A stretch of 32,000 bases of DNA from Acidothermus cellulolyticus 11B (GCF_000015025.1 NC_008578.1:1230001-1262000); one strand, 5' to 3'. Counted from the stretch's first letter, positions 22,324 through 31,870 are shown. The notes: generated by a model not told the origin, from the letters alone. Program-made: numbers and translations.

Positions 22324-24402
22324 TCAGGATCCCAGCACCGGCAGGCCGGCGGCACGGACGCGCGCCATGCTGGCATGCGCCGCGGCCACTACCCGCTCCG
22401 GCGTGAAGCCGAACTGCTCAAACAACACCTGGTACGACGCGCTCGCGCCGAAGTGCTCGAGGCTGACGCATTCACCGAAATCACCGACGTAGTCCCGCCA
22501 GCCGAGAGCCACCGCCGCTTCGATGGAGACCCGTGCGCGCACGTCGTCCGGCAGGACGGTGCGACGGTACGACTCCGGCTGCGCCTCGAACCACTCCCGG
22601 CACGGCATGGAGACCACCCGGGTGGGGACGCCGTCCGCTTCGAGCCGTTCCCGGGCGGCAAGGGCGAGATGCACCTCACTTCCGGTGGCGATGAGGATGA
22701 CCTGCGGCGCCCCGGAGCCCGCCTCCGCGAGAACATACGCTCCTTTCGCCGTCCCGTCCGCCGACGCGTACTGCGTGCGGTCGATGACCGGTACGTTCTG
22801 CCGGGTCAGGCAGAGGGCGGCCGGGCGGTCGGTCTGTTGCATGATCGTCCGCCAGGCGACGGCCGTTTCATTTGCGTCCGCCGGGCGGACGACGTCCAGC
22901 CCGGGGATGGCCCGCAGCGCCGCGAGGTGTTCGACGGGTTGGTGCGTCGGGCCGTCCTCACCGAGTCCGATGGAGTCGTGGGTCCAGACGTAAATCACCG
23001 GGAGTTTCATCATGGCGGCAAGCCGGACCGGCGGCCGCATGTAATCGCTGAAAACAAGGAAGGTGCCGCCGAAGACACGTGTCGGGCCGTGCAACGTGAT
23101 GCCGTTGAGAATGGCACCCATTGCGTGTTCCCGGATGCCGAAATGCAGCACTCGGCCGTAGGGATCCCCGCCGTGCGCGGCCGGCAGGAAATCCCGCTCA
23201 CCCTCGATCGTCGTGTTGTTCGACTCAGCGAGGTCCGCCGAACCGCCCCACAATTCCGGCAATTTCTTCGCCAGCGCATTGATGACGACGCCGGACGCCT
23301 TGCGCGTGGACATGGGTTTGTCCGGCGCAAAGTGCGGAATGTCGGCGTCCCAGCCCTCGGGAAGCCGCCGGGCCAGCATGCGATCGAGCTCAGCGGCCCG
23401 CTGCGGGTGCGCCGCCCGCCACGCCTCGAAGCGCTCCTGCCATTCCTTGTGCGCGAGCCGGCCCCGGTCGACCACTTGCCGCGCGTGGCTCAGCACGTCG
23501 TCCGGAACGTAGAACGTCTTCTCCGGGTCAAGACCGAGCACCCGCTTGGTCGCGGCGACCTCCTCGGCGCCGAGCGCCGAACCGTGCGCCTTCCCGGTGT
23601 TCTGCAGGTTCGGCGCCGGCCAGGCGATGATGGAGCGCACGATGACCAGACTCGGCCGGTCGGTCGTGTCTCGTGCCGTCACCAGCGCCCGGTACAGGGC
23701 CTGGACGTCGTTGACATCGGCGACGTGCTGCACGTGCCAGCCGTAGGCCTCGTACCGTTTCCCCACGTCCTCGGAGTGGGCGACGCGGGTGTCGCCTTCG
23801 ATGGAGATGCGATTGTCGTCATACAGCACGACGAGATTGCCGAGCTGCTGATGCCCGGCGATCGCCGCGGCCTCAGCCTGAACGCCCTCCTCGATGTCCC
23901 CGTCGGAGGCGAAAACCCAGATCGTGTGGTCGAAGACACTGGAACCCGGCGCGGCATCAGGGTCGAAAAGCCCTCGTTCACGACGCGCCGCCATCGCCAT
24001 ACCGACGGCATTGCCGAAACCTTGGCCTAACGGGCCGGTGGTGGTCTCCACGCCTGGGGTGTGGCCGTACTCGGGGTGGCCCGGGGTAAGGCTGCCCCAC
24101 TGGCGGTAGCTCCGCAAATCGTCGAGGGTGAGCCCATAGCCGGACAGGTACAGCTGGATATACAGCGTGAGGCTCGAATGTCCGCAGGACAGCACGAAAC
24201 GGTCCCTGCCGAGCCAGCGCGGATCGGTCGGGTCGTGCCGGAGCAGGCGCTGAAACAACAGGTACGCCGCCGGGGCGAGGCCCATCGCCGTTCCGGGATG
24301 ACCGGAGCCCGCGGCCTCCACCGCGTCCATCGCCAGGGCGCGGATGATGTCGACAGCGCGCGCGTCCAGCTCGGTCCACTCCACCGTGTCATGCTCAGTC
24401 AC
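22324..24402 (-). CDS. tkt: Transketolase
   Basis: The ORF is 692 aa from the GTG at 24402, which is preceded by GGAGG with a 5-nt spacing. The ORF is open up to the TTG at 24435. Motifs are [21 protein letters not shown] (ThDP/Mg site) and [18 protein letters not shown]. Confidence 0.94.
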   Translation of the reverse strand: MTEHDTVEWTELDARAVDIIRALAMDAVEAAGSGHPGTAMGLAPAAYLLFQRLLRHDPTDPRWLGRDRFVLSCGHSSLTLYIQLYLSGYGLTLDDLRSYRQWGSLTPGHPEYGHTPGVETTTGPLGQGFGNAVGMAMAARRERGLFDPDAAPGSSVFDHTIWVFASDGDIEEGVQAEAAAIAGHQQLGNLVVLYDDNRISIEGDTRVAHSEDVGKRYEAYGWHVQHVADVNDVQALYRALVTARDTTDRPSLVIVRSIIAWPAPNLQNTGKAHGSALGAEEVAATKRVLGLDPEKTFYVPDDVLSHARQVVDRGRLAHKEWQERFEAWRAAHPQRAAELDRMLARRLPEGWDADIPHFAPDKPMSTRKASGVVINALAKKLPELWGGSADLAESNNTTIEGERDFLPAAHGGDPYGRVLHFGIREHAMGAILNGITLHGPTRVFGGTFLVFSDYMRPPVRLAAMMKLPVIYVWTHDSIGLGEDGPTHQPVEHLAALRAIPGLDVVRPADANETAVAWRTIMQQTDRPAALCLTRQNVPVIDRTQYASADGTAKGAYVLAEAGSGAPQVILIATGSEVHLALAARERLEADGVPTRVVSMPCREWFEAQPESYRRTVLPDDVRARVSIEAAVALGWRDYVGDFGECVSLEHFGASASYQVLFEQFGFTPERVVAAAHASMARVRAAGLPVLGS

Positions 24403-24633
24403 AACAGCCTCCGCCGTCTTGCCCGGACATCCCAAGCGCAGGTGATCCTCGCTCTCACCCTACCCAAGTAGCGTGATCACACTCTGCCACCGCGCCGAAC
24501 CGCCGATCGCCGTCATGCGTCACGGCCCTGTCGGCCGGTGCAACGCGCGCATCAGCCGATCCGCTGCACGCACCCAGGCAGCTGCCGCTGGGCGGGTCGC
24601 GCTGGTGCGAACGGGACATGGTGGAATGGCATC

Positions 24634-25557
24634 GTGACCGCGCTCGCGCCTTCCTCAACACCGCTGCCTGCCGGGCGGCGCGGTGCCGTCGACATCGTCA
24701 AAGGACTGATTGCGCTCACTAAGCCGCGGATTATCGAGCTCCTGCTTGTGACGACCGTGCCGACCATGATGCTCGCCGCCCGGGGATGGCCGTCCTCCCG
24801 GCTGGTGGTGGTCACCGTGTTGGCGGGGGCGCTCGCCGCGGGAAGCGCCAACACGCTGAACTGCTTCATCGACCGCGATATCGATCAGGTGATGCGCCGG
24901 ACCGCCCGGCGTCCGTTGGTGCGATCCGTGATCCGGCCCGCTGAAGCGCTGGCTTTTGGCGTGGCGTTGGGAGTCGTCGCCACCCTGCTGATGGGATTTC
25001 TGGTGAATTGGCTGTCGGCGATCCTGGCCGATGCGGCCATCGTTTTTTACGTCGGCGTGTACACCATCGGCTTGAAACGCCGGACTCCGTCGAACATCGT
25101 TATTGGCGGCGCCGCCGGATGCTTTCCCGTGCTCATCGGGTGGTCCGCGGTGACCGGCCGGGTGGGCTGGCCGGCGGTCGTGCTCTTTGCGGTCATCTTT
25201 GCGTGGACACCGCCGCATTTCTGGGCGTTGGCCATGCGTTTCCGGGAGGATTACGCCGCCGCGCACGTCCCGATGCTTCCCGTCGTCGCCGAGCCGCTGG
25301 TCGTCGCCCGGCAGATTCTCTGGTACTCCTACGGAATGGTGGCGGCTTCGCTGGCGCTTGCTCCCGTCGCGCACGTGGGATGGGTGTACGTCGCCATTGC
25401 CGCCCTCCTCGGTGGGTGGTTCCTTGCCGAGGCCCACCGCATCGTCCAGCGGGTCAGGCTGGGGCGTGACCCTCGGCCGATGCGGCTCTTCCACATGTCC
25501 ATCAGCTACCTGACACTGCTCTTTGTCGCGGTCGCGTTGGCGCCGTATCTGCCGTAG
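24634..25557 (+). CDS. ctaB: Protoheme IX farnesyltransferase (heme O synthase)
   Basis: It has the UbiA-family motif [31 protein letters not shown] near the N-terminus, and multiple TM segments. The start was chosen at GTG 24634 (307 aa) by comparison with typical CtaB N-terminal length. The ORF is open from 24538. Confidence 0.85.
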
Positions 25558-26812
25558 CCAAATCCTCGACGACCGCATCGGCCGTAGCCGAATCCTCTGC
25601 CGCCAACCGAACGCGGGCCGCCCCTTCGCCCATCATCGACGGGTCTTCCAACAACCGTTCGAAGGCGAGTTCCGCTGCCCCGAAGAGGCTGGAGTCCTCA
25701 CCGAGACCGGGCGGGCGGATTTGCACACTGCGACGATGGGGCAGCGTTGAGGCCGCGAGTTCTTCGCGGATGACCGGTTCAGCAAGCGGCAGCAGGGACG
25801 ACAGCGGGCCTCCGATAATGACCACTTCCGGGTCGAAGACATTGATGATGCTGCCCAGCCCCCGGCCGAGCCAGACCGCGATGTGCCGCAGGCCGTCCTG
25901 CGCACGGCGATCTCCACGCCGGGCGGCTTCGAAGACCTCGTGGGTTGCCTGGCGGCCCGCCCGCGGATCCCGGCCGCACGCGGTCAGGATCGCCTCCTCA
26001 CCGACCTCGGTCTCAAGACAGCCGCGGCCACCGCATCGGCACGGACGTCCGTCTGGATGCACCATGACATGCCCGATTTCCCCAGCGAAGCCGTGCCGGC
26101 CGAGAACGAGCCGGCCGTCAACGATGATGCCGCCGCCAATACCTACTTCACCGGCGATGTAGACAAGATGGGCGACGCCACGGCCGGCGCCGCGCACCTG
26201 TTCGGCGAGCGCGCCAAGGTCGCCGTCGTTGCCGATGCGAATCGGGACGTCGACGTCCAACGCCGCGGAGAGCGGAGCGGCGAACGGGACGTTCCGCCAC
26301 ATGAGGTTGGGCGCGAATTCCACCCGCCCGTCCTCGGCGTGAACCATGCCGGGAATCGCAACCCCGATGCCGACCAACCGCCGATCCGGCGAGCGCTCCA
26401 ACGCCGAGCGAATTGCCGCACATTCCGCGGCGAGCCGCGCAATCACCGCATCGGCGCTTGCGCCCGGCCCACCAAGGGGGTAGTCGCGGCGTGCCAAGAT
26501 GTGCCCGCCTAAACCAAAGGCGGCAACCGTCACGGTATCGACGCCGACATTCGCGGCCAGCACGTACGCCGTGTCACATCGGACGGCAACCACATGCGAC
26601 GGCCGGCCGGCGCGCTGCGCGGTCCCCGGAATTGTCTCCGTCACCAGGTTCATCGCCGCAAGCTCTTCGACGAGTGCCTTGATGGTGGAGCGGTTGAGCC
26701 CCATGGCGGCAGTCAGATCGGCTCGGGACAATGCGCCGTCAACGTGCAAGCGGCGAAGCAGCACAGACAAGTTGCGCTGTCGGATGACGTCTTGGGTGGC
26801 GACGCCCGGCAC
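25502..26812 (-). CDS. ROK-family transcriptional regulator (NagC/XylR-like)
   Basis: The ORF is 436 aa with a GTG start. It has an N-terminal winged HTH ([28 protein letters not shown]), a sugar-kinase-like fold and the ROK zinc motif [11 protein letters not shown] low-complexity C-terminal tail of about 40 aa is present. It is the last gene of the sugar ABC cluster. Confidence 0.85.
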
Positions 26813-26842
26813 CGACAGCGCTCCCTGTCTTCGATGTCTGCG

Positions 26843-28288
26843 TTAGACGGCCTGTCGTCGCCGCGCCAAGGCGTCGACAGCGGCAGCGAGGAGGAGGAAG
26901 AGCCCGGTGATGACGAATTCGTACGCCGCCCCAAGCTGCGGATGGAGACCAAGCCCGTTCGGGATGAGCGCAATGACTAAGCCACCAAGGACCGCATCAC
27001 GGACCCGGCCCCGGCCGCCGAAGAGCGACGTCCCACCGATGACAGCTGCGCCCACGGCGTACAGCAGGGTGTTTCCGCTTCCTGCGTCAGCCGGCACGCC
27101 GCCGATCTTTGATGCGAACGCGACACCGGCGCAGCCGGCCAGCGTCGAGCAGATCGCGAATGCGGAGAGCCGCATCCGGGCGACGTCGATACCGGCGCGA
27201 CGCGCGGCCTCGGCGTTTCCGCCGACCGCATAGAGGTGCCGGCCGTACGCGGTCTTGGTCAGCAGTAGGGTCAGTGCCACCAGCAACAGCAGAATGACCA
27301 GCACGACCCACGGTGTGCCCTTGACCGAGGTGAGCTTGGGGTTGGGCGACCTCTGCTGGTTGAGGAAGTACACCGCGAGGCCACCGCCGACGATGAGCGC
27401 GAGAACGCGGAGAAAGACGAGGCTCAGCGGGTCCGCCGAGAGAGCGGCGCGTCGGCGCCGGATTGACCGGAGAGTCGTGACGAGCCCGTAGCCGCCAACA
27501 AAGACGACGAACATAAGCCAGCTCCACGCCGGCGGAATGTTCTTATTTGCCAAGGCATTGACAGCGGTGAACTGCCGGGTCGGAAGGGATCCGCCGTTGC
27601 CAATGAATTTCAGCACGACTCCTTGCCAGGCGAGGAAGAGCGCAAGGGTGACGACGAACGACGGAATACCGACCTTGGCCACGAGAAACCCGGTGACGAC
27701 GCCAATCGCGGTCCCCGTGCAGACCGCGAGGAGAAGCGCGGTGGGTTGATTGCTGGCAAAGCCGCCGGCCAGGATGATGGTGCCTGCGCCGACGGCGATC
27801 GCCGCCGGCCAGAGCCGTTGCCAGACGGCGATGCCCAGGGCGAAGACCATTGCCGCGAGATAGACGCCGAACGTCCCCCCTTTGAGGACGTTGTAGAGGT
27901 TTCCGTTGTGGTTGAGTCCGAGCGCCATTGCGGCTGCGCAGACCCCGCTCGCCGTGCCGGCGGACAGGTCGATTTCGCCAAGGAGCAGGACGAAGACCAA
28001 CCCCATCGCGAGGAGGATGTAACCGCCCGCTTGGCTGGGCAGGTTGGCGAGATTGCCGACGGTGAAGAACCGCGGACTGGTCGTGGAGAAGACGACGAGC
28101 AGGACGATCACACCGAGGAGGGCCGGGAGGGCGCCTGGATCGCCGCGACGCACCTTGGCGACGTAGCCGAAAAATGCTTCCTTCAAGTTGAGGGCACCGA
28201 TGTCGCCGGCGAATTCGCCAACCGCCTGCCGAATGCCGGCTGTCGTCTTTCCGGTGGCCTGGGGCTTGAGTTCGGTCACTGTCCTCAC
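26843..28288 (-). CDS. Sugar ABC transporter permease (CUT2 / XylH-like)
   Basis: The ORF is 481 aa and very hydrophobic, with about 10-12 predicted helices. It is located between a CUT2-type ATPase gene and the ROK regulator. The start (GTG at 28288 or GTG at 28279) is uncertain. Confidence 0.82.
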   Translation of the reverse strand: MRTVTELKPQATGKTTAGIRQAVGEFAGDIGALNLKEAFFGYVAKVRRGDPGALPALLGVIVLLVVFSTTSPRFFTVGNLANLPSQAGGYILLAMGLVFVLLLGEIDLSAGTASGVCAAAMALGLNHNGNLYNVLKGGTFGVYLAAMVFALGIAVWQRLWPAAIAVGAGTIILAGGFASNQPTALLLAVCTGTAIGVVTGFLVAKVGIPSFVVTLALFLAWQGVVLKFIGNGGSLPTRQFTAVNALANKNIPPAWSWLMFVVFVGGYGLVTTLRSIRRRRAALSADPLSLVFLRVLALIVGGGLAVYFLNQQRSPNPKLTSVKGTPWVVLVILLLLVALTLLLTKTAYGRHLYAVGGNAEAARRAGIDVARMRLSAFAICSTLAGCAGVAFASKIGGVPADAGSGNTLLYAVGAAVIGGTSLFGGRGRVRDAVLGGLVIALIPNGLGLHPQLGAAYEFVITGLFLLLAAAVDALARRRQAV

Positions 28289-28325
28289 CTGTTAACGCGG
28301 GAATTTCAGGAATTCGACGGAGGAA

Positions 28326-29111
28326 TCAAGCGCTCTGCGCAGCTTCGGCCGGCTGGAGGCCAAGGTTTCCGCTGCGCCCGGCGGTAATGAGCTCGACGAC
28401 TTGTGCGTGCGTGACGTCGGAGGCGGACACCTCGGCGGCGACCCGGCCGAGGTACATCGCCGTGATCCGGTCCGCCACCTGCATCACGTCGTTCATGTTG
28501 TGCGAGATGAGGACGACGCCGTGCCCGGAGTCGGCAAGCCGCCGCACCAAATCGAGGACCTGTTTGGTCTGCGCGACGCCGAGCGCGGCGGTCGGTTCGT
28601 CGAGCACGATGACTTTGTTTTCCCACAGGACCGCCTTGGCGATCGCGACGGTCTGGCGCTGGCCGCCGGAGAGGCTCGAGACGACCTGGCGGACGGATTG
28701 GATGGTGCGCACCGAGAGGCTCGCGAGGGTTTCCCGGGCCCGGCGCTCCATGGTTCCTTCGTCAAGGGCATGCAATGGTCGGGTCCGAAGCTCCCGGCCA
28801 AGGAACATGTTCTGCACGATGTCGAGGTTGTCGCAGAGGGCGAGGTCCTGGTACACGAATTCGATGCCGTACGCGGCGGCATCCCGCGGGCCATGAATAT
28901 GAATCTGCTTACCGGCAAAGTAAAACTCGCCGCTGTCGACCGGATAGATACCGGCAATACACTTAATCAGAGTGCTCTTTCCTGCGCCGTTGTCGCCGAC
29001 GAGCGCCATGACCTCGCCGGGATAGACATTGAAGTCCACGTCGCGGAGCACGTGGACCGCGCCGAAACTCTTATTGATGCCCCGAAGGGCGAGGATGGGG
29101 GATTCGCTCAC
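28326..29111 (-). CDS. Sugar ABC transporter ATP-binding protein (single-NBD, XylG-like)
   Basis: The ORF is 261 aa with a GTG start preceded by AGAAGG. Motifs are Walker A GDNGAGKST, signature LSGGQRQTVAIA and Walker B VIVLDEPTAALG. Confidence 0.9.
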   Translation of the reverse strand: MSESPILALRGINKSFGAVHVLRDVDFNVYPGEVMALVGDNGAGKSTLIKCIAGIYPVDSGEFYFAGKQIHIHGPRDAAAYGIEFVYQDLALCDNLDIVQNMFLGRELRTRPLHALDEGTMERRARETLASLSVRTIQSVRQVVSSLSGGQRQTVAIAKAVLWENKVIVLDEPTAALGVAQTKQVLDLVRRLADSGHGVVLISHNMNDVMQVADRITAMYLGRVAAEVSASDVTHAQVVELITAGRSGNLGLQPAEAAQSA

Positions 29112-29259
29112 GTCTGCCTTCTTTCGGATCGCCTACCGATGCAACGCCGGTCGTTGGGGGTCCGCGACGAACCGAGCGTCAGGTGGGCTCGCGCTTCCTT
29201 GCCACGACGATAGATCCGACGCCGCGTCCGTGCAGCGCATCACCCGGCTCGGTCGCCAT

Positions 29260-29293
29260 GTGGCGGCACGGCCCGCCTGGGCCGTGCCGCCAC
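29260..29293 (-). promoter_or_regulatory. Intercistronic stem-loop after the sugar SBP gene (15-bp perfect stem, 4-nt loop)
   Basis: The sequence is gtggcggcacggccc-gcct-gggccgtgccgccac. It begins 12 nt downstream of the SBP stop on the minus strand, inside a 194-nt gap before the ATPase gene. No U-tract follows. Confidence 0.6.
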
Positions 29294-29305
29294 TGCGTTG
29301 TGACG

Positions 29306-30478
29306 TCAGCTCACGCCGTACTTCTGGCAGAGCGATGCGACGTCACCCTTGCAGATGTCCGCAGCCGAGGCCTGACCGGCCTTGACGACGTCCTCGACCT
29401 TGTCCGCGGTGATCCATTCCGGCGTCTGCAAGGCAGACGGCACGTCACGGTTGCCCTGCGGGTCGTGGACCTTGCCGTTGATGAGCGAACCGGGGTCCTT
29501 GCCCTGGATCAGGTCGATCGCAAGCTGGGCCGCTGCGCTCGCCTCGAGAGATGTGTTCTTGAAGACGGTGCCGCACTGGTCCCCACGGAGAACGCTCTGC
29601 AGACCCGGAACCGTGGCGTCCTGCCCGGTGACCGGCGCCTTGAGGCCCTGCGACTTCTCCACGGTGATGACCGACTGCGCCATGCCGTCGTTGGCGACCA
29701 GCACGCCGTCCACCTTGCCGCCGGCGGCGGTGAGCAACTGCTGGAAGATCGTGCCGGCCTGCGCGTTGTCCCAGTTCGGCACGGACTGGTCGCCGACCTT
29801 CTTCCACTTGCCGGTGGCGTACAGCGGGTCGAGGACCGAGTCATAGCCCTGCTTGAAGAGGGTCGCGTTGTTGTCCGTCGGCGAACCGTTGATCTCGATG
29901 ATGCGGACGGGGTTGCTGGTGGTAGCCGAAGCCGCCTTGTCCTTCAGGCAATCCACCAGTCCTTGGCCCATCAGCTTGCCGACCTGGACGTTGTCGAATG
30001 AGACGTAGTACGAGGCGCTTCCGCCGAGGGTGAGCCGGTCGTAGTCGATGGTCTTGATACCGGCCTGTGCCGCCTTGGCCTCGACGGCCGCACCGGACGG
30101 GCTGTCCAGGTCGACGATGATGAGGACCTTCACGCCTTCCTGGATCATGCTGTCAGCGATCTGTGCGAACTTGTTCTTGTCGCCGAGAGCGTTCTGGATG
30201 TCCGCCTTGATACCTGCGGCCTGGAACGCCTTCTGCAGGTTCGGGCGGTCCTGGCTCTCCCACCGGGTGGACGACTGCGTGTCGGGCAGGATGACGCCGA
30301 CCTGAGCGCCGCCACCGCCGCCGCCGCCGGCCGACGACGACGCAGCAGCGGACTGGGAGCTGCTCCCGGCAGCGCTTGGGCTGGTCGTACCACTTGTGCT
30401 CTTGCTGCTGCTGCACGCGGCAATGCCAAGACCGGCGATAGCCGTGAGAGCAGCGATGCGAACAGCGTTTTTGTACAT
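29306..30478 (-). CDS. Sugar-binding lipoprotein of ABC transporter (periplasmic-binding-protein type I, XylF-like)
   Basis: The ORF is 390 aa from the ATG at 30478 (MYKNAVRIAALTAIAGLGIAAC...), which has a lipobox and a GAGGGG RBS. A Ser/Ala/Gly-rich linker follows, then PBP-I-like sequence (VGVILPDTQSSTRWE..., KVLIIVDLD, DYDRL). Xylose specificity is only an inference from family resemblance. Confidence 0.85.
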   Translation of the reverse strand: MYKNAVRIAALTAIAGLGIAACSSSKSTSGTTSPSAAGSSSQSAAASSSAGGGGGGGAQVGVILPDTQSSTRWESQDRPNLQKAFQAAGIKADIQNALGDKNKFAQIADSMIQEGVKVLIIVDLDSPSGAAVEAKAAQAGIKTIDYDRLTLGGSASYYVSFDNVQVGKLMGQGLVDCLKDKAASATTSNPVRIIEINGSPTDNNATLFKQGYDSVLDPLYATGKWKKVGDQSVPNWDNAQAGTIFQQLLTAAGGKVDGVLVANDGMAQSVITVEKSQGLKAPVTGQDATVPGLQSVLRGDQCGTVFKNTSLEASAAAQLAIDLIQGKDPGSLINGKVHDPQGNRDVPSALQTPEWITADKVEDVVKAGQASAADICKGDVASLCQKYGVS

Positions 30479-30506
30479 AGAGATCCCCTCTTGCTCCACG
30501 CTGGGC

Positions 30507-30524
30507 GCGGAGCGTTCGCTCCGC
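30507..30524. promoter_or_regulatory. Palindrome gcggagcg-tt-cgctccgc (8-bp perfect arms) upstream of the sugar SBP gene, either a candidate operator or a hairpin downstream of ctaA
   Basis: The palindrome is seen directly. It lies 29-46 nt upstream of the SBP ATG (minus strand) and 95 nt downstream of the ctaA stop. Confidence 0.35.
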
Positions 30525-30618
30525 AGGACGGCCCAGTTGTTGCGTCGGACAACATATGCCGGAAGCGGTGATCAGCGGAAGGGGATTCGGCCCGTCGTTT
30601 TGGTTCGGTATCGATCCG

Positions 30619-31731
30619 TTACCGAGACGTGACAGCCGGGTTAGCGGCCGGTGGCTTTTGAGGTGTTTTGTCGCTCCCGGCGGGTGTGAGAGCGGTTACC
30701 TGGGCGGGAACGGGCTTCGGCCCGCCGATCTCCGGCAGGTCGTTCGCGACGTCGCCCGGTACGTCGCTCGGCATGTTGTCCGGTACGTAGTCCCGCGTGC
30801 CGTCGGGGTTCCGTGCGACGTCGATCCGACGGCCGGGCCGGGACAGGGACGCGCTGACGCAGGTGGCCCCGACGACAAGAGACGCAGCGCCCAGCATGTG
30901 AATTTCGACCAACCCCGCAGGCAAGCCGAGGAAGTACTGGGTCCAGCCGATGACCGCTTGGACCGCAAGGAGGACGACCATCCAGCGCGTCGCGCGGATC
31001 GTTCGTCGTCCGACGTCCATGACGGTTGCGGTGACCGCCAGACCCACCGCGAGGCCGACGAGGAGCATGGCGAGATCCGCGTGGAGCTGCGCCAGCGAGG
31101 CAGGTCGCGCCGGTATCCGGGCGGCCCGAGGATCGCCCGCATGCGGACCGGCACCCGTCACGGTGGTGCCGGCTGCGCAGACCGCGAAGGTCAGGGCAAG
31201 GAGGGCCTGCCCGGCCCGCCGGAGAGCTACCGGCGGCGCACCGGTGGCTGCCGGTGGAAGCGATCGAAACCAGGCCACCGTCGCGGTGGCGACAACGCCC
31301 ATCGAGAGCAAGAAATGCGCCGCAACCGCCCACGGGTTGAGGTCGGTCAGAACGGTGATACCGCCAAGCACGGCCTGCGCCGGAATGCCGAGGAGCGTGG
31401 CCCACGCCCACGGTCGCAGGTCACGGCGCTCCGGTGCGGCCCGGTAAACGGCGACGAGTGCTGCGACCGCGGCTGCCAAGACGACGTAGGTGAACAGCCG
31501 GTTCCCGAATTCGACGTACTTGTGCCACGAGAGCTCAGGCGTCGGGACCAACGACGACGGCGCGCAGTCCGGCCATGATGGGCACCCCAGGCCGGAGCCG
31601 GTGAGTCGGACCAGACCGCCGGTGCCCACAATCGCGACGTTCGCGACCAGCGCCGCTGCGGTGCACCGGCGCACCACCTGAGGTGTTGCCCGCCACGACC
31701 GGAGGCGGGCACGTATCGTTGCCGCGGGCAC
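30619..31731 (-). CDS. ctaA: Heme A synthase (COX15/CtaA) with an unusually long C-terminal tail
   Basis: The ORF is 370 aa with a GTG start. It has the N-terminal Cys pair GCPSWPDC, multiple TM helices with conserved His residues, and a partnership with ctaB nearby. The last ~73 aa are a Pro/Asp-rich low-complexity tail. Confidence 0.85.
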   Translation of the reverse strand: MPAATIRARLRSWRATPQVVRRCTAAALVANVAIVGTGGLVRLTGSGLGCPSWPDCAPSSLVPTPELSWHKYVEFGNRLFTYVVLAAAVAALVAVYRAAPERRDLRPWAWATLLGIPAQAVLGGITVLTDLNPWAVAAHFLLSMGVVATATVAWFRSLPPAATGAPPVALRRAGQALLALTFAVCAAGTTVTGAGPHAGDPRAARIPARPASLAQLHADLAMLLVGLAVGLAVTATVMDVGRRTIRATRWMVVLLAVQAVIGWTQYFLGLPAGLVEIHMLGAASLVVGATCVSASLSRPGRRIDVARNPDGTRDYVPDNMPSDVPGDVANDLPEIGGPKPVPAQVTALTPAGSDKTPQKPPAANPAVTSR

Positions 31732-31823
31732 GCCTTGATGCTACGGGCCGCCGATCGTGCCGCCGCTCGCGAGTGTGGATGGGAAGCGGCTCGCGCGGCC
31801 GCCACGTGGTCCGGTGCGGGCCG

Positions 31824-31837
31824 GGGTGCCGGCACCC
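31824..31837. promoter_or_regulatory. Perfect 14-bp palindrome gggtgccggcaccc in the divergent ctaA / HTH-regulator intergenic region (candidate operator)
   Basis: The sequence is self-complementary, as seen directly. It is centred about 40 nt upstream of the GTG at 31871 and about 100 nt upstream of the ctaA GTG. Confidence 0.35.
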
Positions 31838-31857
31838 GGCCGACAGGCTGAAATAGG

Positions 31858-31863
31858 TAACAT
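31858..31863 (+). promoter_or_regulatory. Candidate -10 hexamer TAACAT (TANNNT) 7 nt upstream of the GTG at 31871, which suggests a possible leaderless transcript
   Basis: This is a local AT-rich patch (gaaataggtaacatt). The hexamer-to-start geometry is identical to the uvrC case, and there is no Shine-Dalgarno sequence. Confidence 0.3.
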
Positions 31864-31870
31864 TGCGGTT

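Noticed and set aside
22261-24030. A 589-aa plus-strand ORF overlapping tkt.
   Set aside because: The reasoning is the same. It is the mirror frame of transketolase, has an Arg-rich composition, and has no RBS or operon context.
24473-24480. The palindrome gtgatcac in the divergent tkt/ctaB intergenic region.
   Set aside because: It is only 8 bp, which is expected by chance, and I see no second copy or extended symmetry.
30301-30330. A GCC/GCG triplet run (gccgccaccgccgccgccgccggc) encoding a Gly7 stretch in the sugar SBP linker.
   Set aside because: It is a short, imperfect repeat within a Ser/Ala/Gly-rich lipoprotein linker, which is common in actinobacterial SBPs. There is no evidence of variability from a single sequence.
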